64,000 nt of DNA from Nibricoccus sp. (GTDB lineage: Bacteria; Verrucomicrobiota; Verrucomicrobiia; Opitutales; Opitutaceae): NCBI GenBank assembly GCA_047602425.1, contig JASGHG010000001.1:4448001-4512000 (forward strand). The letters are read 5' to 3'. The translations under genes and the position numbers were made by a program. Below, piece after piece: positions 8,399-16,034 of this stretch. A model generated the notes under the pieces. That model saw nothing but the letters and a program-made list of their open reading frames with translations, had not been told where the DNA came from and did not search any database. Every line of letters begins with the position of its first letter. Positions within the stretch are counted from its first letter, which is position 1.

Positions 8399-8650
8399 AT
8401 GAAAAAGCCAAAGAAAAATAGAAAGCTTACGCGCCGCGAAGCGGCGCTTGTTCACAATGCCAGACGTTCCGCCGTCGCGGAATTTCGCCGAAACCATATC
8501 GTAGAGGTAAGGTGTCGGCATATTGGGCAACCAGTTGAAATGTCACGATTGGTTTTGTCTGCCTCCATCGAAACAGCTTCCAATCAAGCGAAGCTCGGCG
8601 GAACGGAGCCGGACCCAAAAAAGACCGTGATTTATTGGCTGGCAGGTTGA
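8399..8650 (+). CDS. Basic phage hypothetical protein (83 aa)
   Basis: ORF after the ATPase with a Lys/Arg-rich N-terminus. Confidence 0.55.
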   Translation: MKKPKKNRKLTRREAALVHNARRSAVAEFRRNHIVEVRCRHIGQPVEMSRLVLSASIETASNQAKLGGTEPDPKKTVIYWLAG

Positions 8651-8872
8651 CCGATAGGGTAGGGCGCGCTCGCATCCGTTTCGCCGGGCGGGCGCTTTTT
8701 TGTGCGGTTTTCGGCCGTTTCTGAGCGGTTTTAAATCGCGTGGGTGTGCCGTTGCAGGCCGTTCCGGTACGCAAGCGCATATCGAGGTATATCGTAGGGT
8801 TCGATCCGGGGAGGGAAACCGCATGAGCGTGGGGCTTCGAAGAAAATTTCTTCAAACGCAACCACTCAAAAC

Positions 8873-9031
8873 ATGCAAAAAATCAAAGCAGTCGTCACAA
8901 GCAAGCTCTTCCTGATCGGCCTCGCCATCGGAATTGTCGTTGCTCTCGCCTTCGGCCGTTTCCTTCGCCCCGTCAAGAAAGTCGCGGACATGATTCCCGG
9001 CTCGGACGCCAAGAAGGGCGCTGCCGCCTAA
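8873..9031 (+). CDS. Small single-TM virion membrane protein preceding the MCP (52 aa, not in ORF track)
   Basis: MQKIKAVVTSKLFLIGLAIGIVVALAFGRFLRPVKKVADMIPGSDAKKGAAA*; same position as the small membrane gene before the MCP in PM2. Confidence 0.7.
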   Translation: MQKIKAVVTSKLFLIGLAIGIVVALAFGRFLRPVKKVADMIPGSDAKKGAAA

Positions 9032-9078
9032 GCGCAGGCTAACCAATCAACGGAACCTTAAAAAAGGAAACCCAAGCC

Positions 9079-9912
9079 ATGCGCATCAACGAAAAAATCG
9101 CCGGTATCAACGGCTCTCTTCTGCCCGGTTCGACCGCAACTCTCAAGTTGCCGGTGAATCGGCGCTATCACTGGCTGAAGTTTTTCCTTACGGCCAACAC
9201 TACGGCGGTCGGTCACGCCGCTCTCACCAACGCAAAGGACATCGTCGAGTCGATCCAGCTTTATGTTGGCGGCCGTTTGATCCGCGACGTTACGCCGCTG
9301 TTTCTTCAGATGCTCTGCAAGCTGAATGCCATCACCGGCATTTCTGCTCTTGAATTGCCGATCTTCTTTTCGGAGCCATGGCGCGCGTCCGTGATGGATG
9401 AGCAGGCAACCGCTTGGGACGTGAACGAGGTCACTGATTTCTCGGTGCGTATCAAGTTTCTGAGTACAGCACAGGACATCGGCCTTACTGGCCTCGCCTG
9501 TTACGACGGCGGCCGCGCTCGTCTCGCGAACAACCAAGTTGTGCTCAACATCGTCAAGCATCTGCCCTTCTCGGGTTATGCCGTCGCCGGTTTCCGCGAT
9601 TTCACGGAGTTCCCGGTCAACCTGCCGATTCAGCGCATCTACTTCACCGGCGCCGATGCGAACCAAATCACGAAAGCCGAAGTCATCGCGGACAGTTTCA
9701 AGATTCACGAGGCGGAAGAGGCGGAAAACGCCGCTATCCTCGCGGACTATCGACTCGACGCCAGCGCCTTCGATTACCCGCTCTGTTTCGATCCGCATCA
9801 ACAGCTCTTTGATACGCTCATGGTTCAGCGCGATCTCACGGTTCGCGTGTTCACTGCCAGCGCTGGCGACGTGCGAGCGATCCTCGAACAGCGCGCGGGT
9901 GCCTACATCTGA
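9079..9912 (+). CDS. Double-jelly-roll major capsid protein (PM2 P2-like, 277 aa)
   Basis: N-terminal PGSTATLKLPVNRRYH, IESIQLYVGGRLIR-like and LPIFFSEPW blocks recall the PM2 P2 pattern (from memory); size, beta-rich composition, AAGGA RBS, and position between ATPase and membrane proteins all fit. Confidence 0.82.
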   Translation: MRINEKIAGINGSLLPGSTATLKLPVNRRYHWLKFFLTANTTAVGHAALTNAKDIVESIQLYVGGRLIRDVTPLFLQMLCKLNAITGISALELPIFFSEPWRASVMDEQATAWDVNEVTDFSVRIKFLSTAQDIGLTGLACYDGGRARLANNQVVLNIVKHLPFSGYAVAGFRDFTEFPVNLPIQRIYFTGADANQITKAEVIADSFKIHEAEEAENAAILADYRLDASAFDYPLCFDPHQQLFDTLMVQRDLTVRVFTASAGDVRAILEQRAGAYI

Positions 9913-9949
9913 GCTCGGGCTTTTCGTTTCACTACCTCGATAATTCGAT

Positions 9950-9982
9950 GCCCTCGCCGCCGCAATCGGCGGGGGCTTTTTT
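9950..9982 (+). terminator. Intrinsic terminator/attenuator after the MCP gene
   Basis: GCCCTCGCCG-loop-CGGCGGGGGC followed by TTTTTT. Confidence 0.7.
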
Positions 9983-9985
9983 CAA

Positions 9986-10327
9986 ATGCAAGAAACCGAA
10001 CAAATCGCTACACGCACGGACGGGCCTGCCAATAACGGCGGCATCATGAATCTTTTCACGACGGCCGTACAGACGGCCGGGCAAGTGTATGGTGCAATCT
10101 CGACGCAAAACAATGCGAACAAGGTTGCTTCCGCCCAGGCGGACGCTACACGCGCCGCCGCTCAGACTCCCGTCATTTCGCCGACTCCGGTTGCCGCTCA
10201 GGCATCCACCGTCGTTGCTGGGGCTCCGGCCTCCACGTGGATCAAGGGTGTGAGTAACACCGTCGTCATTGTTGGCGGCGTGGTTCTCGTCGTTGTTCTC
10301 GGCCTGTTTTTCTTCCGTCGCAAATGA
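9986..10327 (+). CDS. Virion membrane protein with C-terminal TM anchor (113 aa)
   Basis: A/T/Q-rich body, TM VVIVGGVVLVVVLGLFFF, then RRK. Confidence 0.75.
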   Translation: MQETEQIATRTDGPANNGGIMNLFTTAVQTAGQVYGAISTQNNANKVASAQADATRAAAQTPVISPTPVAAQASTVVAGAPASTWIKGVSNTVVIVGGVVLVVVLGLFFFRRK

Positions 10328-10749
10328 TCGACCTCGCCTCACTTCTCAGCAGTTCCGGTGGTTCATCGGGCGGCGGTGCGGCTGGCGGCGTTGGTGCGGC
10401 GGCGGGCATCGCCGGTTCTCTCATGTCCGCCACGCCCTACGGCGCGGCTTTGGGCGCGGCCTCAAGCGTTCTGTCGAATGCTACGGCTGACACGCCTACA
10501 AGCGTCACTAGCGGCTCTGGATCGTATCAGGGCGGCTCTTTGACGGTCGGCAACAAACAGGTTGGCGGCCGTGGTAATTCGGCCGGCGCTACGAGCGCAA
10601 CGGCCTCGCAAACACCCGGAGACAATTCGAGCGCCTCGCCTTCGAGCGTGTCTGCAACAGCGAAATCCCAAACCACTCTTTACGTCATAATCGCGGCCGC
10701 CGTTGTGTTGATCCTCGGTGGAATGTTCGCATTCGCGCGCCGCAAATAA
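10324..10749 (+). CDS. Gly/Ser-rich virion membrane protein with C-terminal TM (141 aa)
   Basis: Low-complexity G/S/A body, TM, then ARRK; ATGA overlap. Confidence 0.75.
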   Translation: MIDLASLLSSSGGSSGGGAAGGVGAAAGIAGSLMSATPYGAALGAASSVLSNATADTPTSVTSGSGSYQGGSLTVGNKQVGGRGNSAGATSATASQTPGDNSSASPSSVSATAKSQTTLYVIIAAAVVLILGGMFAFARRK

Positions 10750-10761
10750 CCGGAAACTCCC

Positions 10762-11274
10762 ATGGGTTGGTTCAGCGCATTTTCAAAAGAGAATAATTCG
10801 GCGACGACAAATCAGACGACGACGAACTATACCGATTCCAGCGCGAACGCTGGCGGTGACAATTCGTTAGCGATTGCTCAAGGCGGTCAATATGCTGGCG
10901 CTGGCGGTATTTCGGCTGGCGCGGGTGCAAACGTGTCAATAACGACCTCCGATCCTGCAACGGTTGCGGCCGCGCTTCATACTGTCGAAGCGAACAATCT
11001 GCTTTCGGCGACTCAATATCAGGCGTCTTTGAACACGCTCGCCGGGGTTCATTCTGTTGCGGCGAACTCGAACAAGGCGACGCAGGATGCCGCAAATCTG
11101 GCGATTCAGAGCACGCAATCTCTCGCCTCTCAGCTTTCGGGAAAAGGGGCTCTCGAAACGCCACAGACAAACGCCTCTATCGTTCAAACCGTCAGCAAAT
11201 ACGCCAGTATCGCGGCCGTCGCAATCGCGGCCGTCGTGGCGCTCGCATTGTTCATGCGGAAAGGGAAGAAATGA
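10762..11274 (+). CDS. Virion membrane/DNA-delivery candidate with C-terminal TM (170 aa)
   Basis: MGWFS start, T/N/A-rich body, TM, then RKGKK. Confidence 0.75.
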   Translation: MGWFSAFSKENNSATTNQTTTNYTDSSANAGGDNSLAIAQGGQYAGAGGISAGAGANVSITTSDPATVAAALHTVEANNLLSATQYQASLNTLAGVHSVAANSNKATQDAANLAIQSTQSLASQLSGKGALETPQTNASIVQTVSKYASIAAVAIAAVVALALFMRKGKK

Positions 11275-11855
11275 CTCCTACAGCGGCACAATTTCACGAG
11301 ATTGAAATCCCGCCCGGTGCGGTCCGTACCGCGTGGGGCGAAGGCGATTCATTCCTTGTCGTTCAATCCAACGTCAAGCTTGAGATTCTGCGCGATGGCG
11401 CGCCGTTCCTTCCTTACGAACAAGGTGACCGCGAGGATTTGCCGCCGGGCATTTCGTTCAAGCGGTTGGAAGTCAAAAACCCGAACCTCGCGACCGCCTA
11501 CGTTAAAATCTATTCGGGCTACGGCCGCCGCAATCAGAACCGCCCGACTGTCATCGAGCCTCCAACCATCATCAAGGGGCAAGCGTTTACTTCCCTAGCG
11601 GCATCGCCTGCGGCGGGGTCCAGCGTTACACTGAGCGGCATTCCCGCGGCGGGTCAGCTTCGCCGTAAGGCGGTCATTATCTCGAATCAGGACGCCGCGA
11701 ATCCGGTCTATATTAAAGACGCGGATGGGAACTTTTGCGAAGCCGTCGAGTTTAAGAGCACGGCTATTATTCACGTTTCCGGGGCAATAACCATCGTCAA
11801 CACGACGGCCGCGCCGATTCCTGTATGCGTGTCCGAAGTGTGGTACACGCCGTAA
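11271..11855 (+). CDS. Penton/vertex protein candidate (beta-rich, 194 aa)
   Basis: Alternating beta-strand pattern (RRKAVIISNQDAANPVYI), no TM, position after the membrane proteins; function inferred. Confidence 0.55.
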   Translation: MTPTAAQFHEIEIPPGAVRTAWGEGDSFLVVQSNVKLEILRDGAPFLPYEQGDREDLPPGISFKRLEVKNPNLATAYVKIYSGYGRRNQNRPTVIEPPTIIKGQAFTSLAASPAAGSSVTLSGIPAAGQLRRKAVIISNQDAANPVYIKDADGNFCEAVEFKSTAIIHVSGAITIVNTTAAPIPVCVSEVWYTP

Positions 11856-11859
11856 GAAA

Positions 11860-12291
11860 ATGTTTTCGTGGGTAAATATCCAAAAGCGCCCAACGCCGAC
11901 AATGTACGAGCGGCGCGCGAAAAAGGCTTTGCTCTTCGTTGAGCGTCTCGCGGCTTCTCCGTCGTTTGTTGGCGCATTGCTGAGGTTGGCGGTCGTCGCC
12001 TTTTCAAAGTCGATACCGCCTGTTGCTGAAGGTGTTTCATTTGTATCAGGACGTTTGTTCGTTCCGATTGTGAACGTCTACGCTTTGAATGAAAGCGCGG
12101 GCTACGCGTCCGCGTTTGTTTCGGCGCTTCTCAAAAGTGTCATTATTGGATGCGGAACTTACACTGATCGTTTTTCATCGAATACCGCTTTCGCGTCCTC
12201 GGCTCTTCGCGTCGTGGTGGTGCCTACCTCCACGAATAACTTTTTTCCAGTCAATCAATCTACCGGGTTTGTCTCCGCTTCGCTCGTATGA
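11860..12291 (+). CDS. Phage structural/adaptor candidate (143 aa)
   Basis: Co-oriented; ATGA overlap with the spike candidate. Confidence 0.55.
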   Translation: MFSWVNIQKRPTPTMYERRAKKALLFVERLAASPSFVGALLRLAVVAFSKSIPPVAEGVSFVSGRLFVPIVNVYALNESAGYASAFVSALLKSVIIGCGTYTDRFSSNTAFASSALRVVVVPTSTNNFFPVNQSTGFVSASLV

Positions 12292-13451
12292 AACTTTTGG
12301 TTGTTAACAATAACCTTTCGTTCGGCTATAAAATCGAATTCCTCCGAAAAGGAAAGGTCATCGCAAAAACGCCCTTCCGTCGTCACATGTTGACGGACTC
12401 GTTTTTGAACAATTGCGCGGCGTTTCCGTTTCTTGACTGCCTTGGGATGCCTGTTTTGGGGGAGTCGGTTTCGCCAACGCCTGTGCGCCGTGATTCCGGT
12501 TCAATTACGTTCACGCAGGCGGCAAACCGAATTACAGCCAGCTCTGGATTTTTTCAGATTGGGGACGTTGGCCGTCTCTTTAAGTGGGGTGTGGGTTCTG
12601 GTGGCCTAGAAGTCTATATTACAAATTTCGTTTCGAGCACGCAGGTAGATGTAACCGCGTCGCCTGATGTTGCCGTTGCCGCTGTCGGTACGGTTTGGTA
12701 TGTCAACACGGATGCGCTTTTGAATCCAATTGCGGGCCTCACATGGGGTTGTTTGAACAATGCGAGCGAAAATAACACAACCTACAACACGGTGGGCAAT
12801 GTCTGCATCATCACGCACAATCGTGTTTTTTATTCTTCCCCCTTCACCGTTGCAAAAACGATTTCGGAAATCGGCTTCACGCATCCTACCGCTTTCGTGA
12901 GTCTATCTGATCGGGACGTGGTTACTCCCGGCGTCGCGTTGGGCGTTGGTGATCAAGCTAAGGTCACGACTCAGTTTATCATGAACGTGACGCCTTGCAC
13001 GTCGCAGGCTATCGCGAACTTTGCGACTGGTTTTGACTCGTCGGGCAACGCGAAGTTTGAGGCGTTCAACAACGACTGTTTCCGCACGATTAACGCAGGC
13101 GGCGGCATACAAGGGACAGCTAACATGGAACCAGACCAACCGCCCACTATTGGCGTTATGCTGGAGGATTTCACGCTACAGGCGTTCGATCCGAATGGGA
13201 ATGTGATTGCCGGGACAAATTTTTTGAAGGCGGCATCTCAAATCGCCTACGGTGCCGGTTCATACTACCGCGATGCAAAGGCAGTGTACGCGATCAGTGA
13301 GGGGAACGGGACAATTTACGGCTTCTACCTTTCCCCATGGTACAACCGCCGCCAGTACACGCTCAAGCTGACTACGCCTGTCGTAAAAAACTCAACGCAA
13401 GTGCTCGAAATAACCGCCCGGAAGTCGTGGAGCAGGGTTTTAACAAATTAA
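12288..13451 (+). CDS. Spike / receptor-binding protein candidate (387 aa)
   Basis: Largest structural ORF, T/N/G/V-rich beta composition, C-terminal YGAGSYYRD...KNSTQVLEITARKSWSR. Confidence 0.6.
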   Translation: MKLLVVNNNLSFGYKIEFLRKGKVIAKTPFRRHMLTDSFLNNCAAFPFLDCLGMPVLGESVSPTPVRRDSGSITFTQAANRITASSGFFQIGDVGRLFKWGVGSGGLEVYITNFVSSTQVDVTASPDVAVAAVGTVWYVNTDALLNPIAGLTWGCLNNASENNTTYNTVGNVCIITHNRVFYSSPFTVAKTISEIGFTHPTAFVSLSDRDVVTPGVALGVGDQAKVTTQFIMNVTPCTSQAIANFATGFDSSGNAKFEAFNNDCFRTINAGGGIQGTANMEPDQPPTIGVMLEDFTLQAFDPNGNVIAGTNFLKAASQIAYGAGSYYRDAKAVYAISEGNGTIYGFYLSPWYNRRQYTLKLTTPVVKNSTQVLEITARKSWSRVLTN

Positions 13452-13463
13452 CATATCCAAAAA

Positions 13464-13865
13464 ATGGATACGATTACAAAGACGCGAATTCTGGTTGGGA
13501 AACAGTTCGGAATTTCAGAGGCGGACGCCATCACTCCCGCGAATCTTTCGCCTGAGGATCGCACGCGTTTGTTTGATTATACCTTCGCTTATGTCGCGCA
13601 GCATCCTGAGCAGTACGAACCACGACAAGTTGAGATCGCCAAGCGTCATGTTGCCGCGTGGGGCACGAATACGCCGCTTTTAGATACGTCATTTGATTGG
13701 GGTCTACTCGCCCGCGAGGTGGGCGAAAACGTACTGAAGGCAGGCGAGGCTGTCGCGAGCGTGGGGCAGGGCGTGCTTAATACTTTCAAGCTCGGTTCGT
13801 GGCTTATTCCAGTCGCGGCCGTCGTTCTTGTCGGAATTTATCTTTGGAAGGCATTCAAAAAATGA
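13464..13865 (+). CDS. Virion membrane protein with C-terminal TM (133 aa)
   Basis: C-terminal WLIPVAAVVLVGIYLW, then KAFKK. Confidence 0.7.
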   Translation: MDTITKTRILVGKQFGISEADAITPANLSPEDRTRLFDYTFAYVAQHPEQYEPRQVEIAKRHVAAWGTNTPLLDTSFDWGLLAREVGENVLKAGEAVASVGQGVLNTFKLGSWLIPVAAVVLVGIYLWKAFKK

Positions 13866-14047
13866 CGCGTCAATCTTTCATCGCTGCCGCTGGCGGCGTG
13901 GCCGGTTGGGCCGCAACCTTTTCCCTGCCTGAATTCGCTGCCTCCTTCGCTGCGCTGGCTACTGGCGTTTGGATGATTACGCAGACCGTGTTGGCGATCC
14001 GTCGCCAGCGCTGCACGGATTACACCTGTAAGCATCGCAAGCCATGA
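13862..14047 (+). CDS. Holin-like small membrane protein (61 aa)
   Basis: MTRQSFIAAAGGVAGWAATFSLPEFAASFAALATGVWMITQTVLAIRRQRC...; hydrophobic with a basic tail; ATGA overlap (start 13862 preferred to 13799). Confidence 0.55.
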   Translation: MTRQSFIAAAGGVAGWAATFSLPEFAASFAALATGVWMITQTVLAIRRQRCTDYTCKHRKP

Positions 14048-14181
14048 ACGAACTAGACGACATGATAGAAACGCGGACGGTTAAAGCGCCAGTGGTGGCG
14101 GCTTCGCGGTCTGCCTATATCGGGCTGGTTGTTGTCATCGCGGTAGCGGTTGCGCTGCTTTGGTCCAAGGCGCGCCGATGA
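14044..14181 (+). CDS. Small single-TM protein (45 aa, not in ORF track)
   Basis: MNELDDMIETRTVKAPVVAASRSAYIGLVVVIAVAVALLWSKARR*; ATGA overlaps at both ends. Confidence 0.6.
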   Translation: MNELDDMIETRTVKAPVVAASRSAYIGLVVVIAVAVALLWSKARR

Positions 14182-14813
14182 AACCCGCTATTTTTATCCT
14201 CATTGTCTCATGCCTCGCGGGCTGCGTGTTTGAGGCTCAAACCGCCTCGCGTGTGGATCGAAACGGAAAGCCGAAAGTGACGCAGAACGGCCCGGCCGAA
14301 AATCCCGGCCGCGCGAGTGTGGAAAAAACCGTCGTGACTGTCCCGATTCCGGCTGGCTCGAAAATTTCTCAAACTCCCGCGCCGTCCGTTCCCGCTGCCA
14401 CTGGCAAGCCGGACATGGCGGCCGGGATCACTATTCAAACTTCCGCGCCCACGGAAATGCGTATTGAAACGACGCGGGAATCTGTTGAAGGCGCAACCAC
14501 TCCGAAACCGTCGCCACCACCAAGCCCGGTAGAAGTTGCGCGCGGGAAGGGCGTGCGGCTGTTTTATTGGATCGCTGGCGGGTTCGCCATCGCGTCCGTT
14601 GTCTCAGCGGTGCGGAAATATCTTTGGGCGGCCGTCTGCTTTGGCGCGGCCGCGCTCGTGACGGTGTTAGGCGTCAACGTTGTTTCTGAGGAGTGGGTGA
14701 TTCGCGCGGCCGGTGTGCTGGCGGTCGCTGGCGTCGTGTTCGTTGCCGCTTGGAAGATCATCGCCGCGCGTCACGGGCTGGCGGGAAACCAAGCCGGGAC
14801 AGTGGCGAAATAA
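14178..14813 (+). CDS. Lipoprotein with C-terminal TM helices (unimolecular-spanin-like)
   Basis: MKPAIFILIVSCLAG-C lipobox, P/T-rich soluble linker, about three C-terminal hydrophobic helices; last gene of the late operon. Confidence 0.6.
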   Translation: MKPAIFILIVSCLAGCVFEAQTASRVDRNGKPKVTQNGPAENPGRASVEKTVVTVPIPAGSKISQTPAPSVPAATGKPDMAAGITIQTSAPTEMRIETTRESVEGATTPKPSPPPSPVEVARGKGVRLFYWIAGGFAIASVVSAVRKYLWAAVCFGAAALVTVLGVNVVSEEWVIRAAGVLAVAGVVFVAAWKIIAARHGLAGNQAGTVAK

Positions 14814-15958
14814 CGGGCGGCCGCCTCTGCGGTCGCGAGTCCCTTGTAATGCTGGTAAAGCGTCCGGGGCGAGGTGTGGCACAGGATGACGGCGGTTGCG
14901 GCCGCGTCCCGGTGTAAGGCGACATGATACGAGCAAAACGAATGCCGGGCGACGTTGCCGGGATTCTCGACGCCAGCCAGCCGGAAGACATCGCTTTTGG
15001 CGCGCTCGTAGTCCTTGCCGCAAAGTGTCCATGCGGCATCGGGAGCCGTTGCCAGCCAGATCCAAAGATTTCCGGGCAAGCCTTCGATGTACTGCGGCCG
15101 CTTCGTTTTGATCTTCGCGGCCGGAATGCGCATGCCGCGCGCGTCAAAGTCGATTTCGCTTCGGTTGAGCTTGGCGGCCGTCGAATGACGTAGGCCGGTG
15201 AAAAACTCCAACGCGAGCCGGGCGCATGCTTCCGGCCGTTGGGCTTGAGCCGTGGCGAAGATCGCGGCGGTTTGCTCTGGCGTGAGGATTTCCACCTCGT
15301 CTGTCGTCAGGGGCGGTTTCTCGACGTTGCGGAACGGGTTTTGACCGTCAAAGACGCCTTCACGGATTGCCCAATTGAAAAGAGCCGCGCCGTGCTTGTG
15401 GTGGTTACGTTTGGTGGTTGGGGCGAAGGGTAGGGCGCGCAACCAAGCGCGCAGTTGGTCGGCTGTGATTTCACCGGCCGATTTCGTTCCGAACGTCTCA
15501 GCGAAGCGGGCTAAATCGCCCTTCGTGTGGGAAAGTGACGCCTTGCCGGTGCCTTCGGTTGAGCGCGCCGCTAGGTAGCGGTTTATTAGCTCGGAAAGGC
15601 GGATGTTTGACGTTGCGGCGTTCGGGCCGCCCTTAGATAGCCAGAAACGCGCTACGTCCAAAGGATCGGCTTGCCCGATGAGTTCGCGGAATTGCGTCCA
15701 AAGGTGCCAGTCGGACGGGTTGAAATCCATCACGGCGCGGCCGTTGAGTTCCGTTTTTGTGACGAGCGCTTTTGCCGCTTTCTCTCGTTTCGGCTTTGTG
15801 TCGTAGGCTACGCACTTGCGCGCGCCGTCCGTTGCTCGCCAATGTAGGAGGTACGGCCGGGGCAGTCCGGGGCGCTCGGAATAGCGGATACCACGCGGCG
15901 GTTTCCAGTCGCCTTTGTTGCCCTTTTGTTGCCGTTCCTGTTGCTGTTTTGTTGCCAT
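14771..15958 (-). CDS. int: Tyrosine recombinase/integrase
   Basis: TGLRHS (R), KIKT (K), NVARHSF (H/N-x-x-R), LCHTS (H), YQHY (Y); adjacent to the tRNA att site. Confidence 0.92.
   Translation of the reverse strand: MATKQQQERQQKGNKGDWKPPRGIRYSERPGLPRPYLLHWRATDGARKCVAYDTKPKREKAAKALVTKTELNGRAVMDFNPSDWHLWTQFRELIGQADPLDVARFWLSKGGPNAATSNIRLSELINRYLAARSTEGTGKASLSHTKGDLARFAETFGTKSAGEITADQLRAWLRALPFAPTTKRNHHKHGAALFNWAIREGVFDGQNPFRNVEKPPLTTDEVEILTPEQTAAIFATAQAQRPEACARLALEFFTGLRHSTAAKLNRSEIDFDARGMRIPAAKIKTKRPQYIEGLPGNLWIWLATAPDAAWTLCGKDYERAKSDVFRLAGVENPGNVARHSFCSYHVALHRDAAATAVILCHTSPRTLYQHYKGLATAEAAARYFATVPAWFPASP
15916..15956. repeat. Four TGTTGC direct repeats with 11-12 bp period, candidate arm-type sites inside the int 5' end
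   Basis: TGTTGC at 15916, 15927, 15939 and 15950. Confidence 0.55.
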
Positions 15959-16034
15959 AAAAAAAGCAAAACTAAGACGAAAAGTGCAAAAGTTTCGCGG
16001 GGCTTACCTCTGGGGCTGGGATTACGAGGGTAAA

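Noticed and set aside
8665..8702. Hairpin plus T-run after the 83-aa ORF as early-operon terminator
   Set aside because: The stem is imperfect; plausible but too weak to list as a feature.
11860..13451. Diversity-generating retroelement or invertible tropism switch at the spike
   Set aside because: No reverse transcriptase, invertase, or template/variable repeat pair seen.
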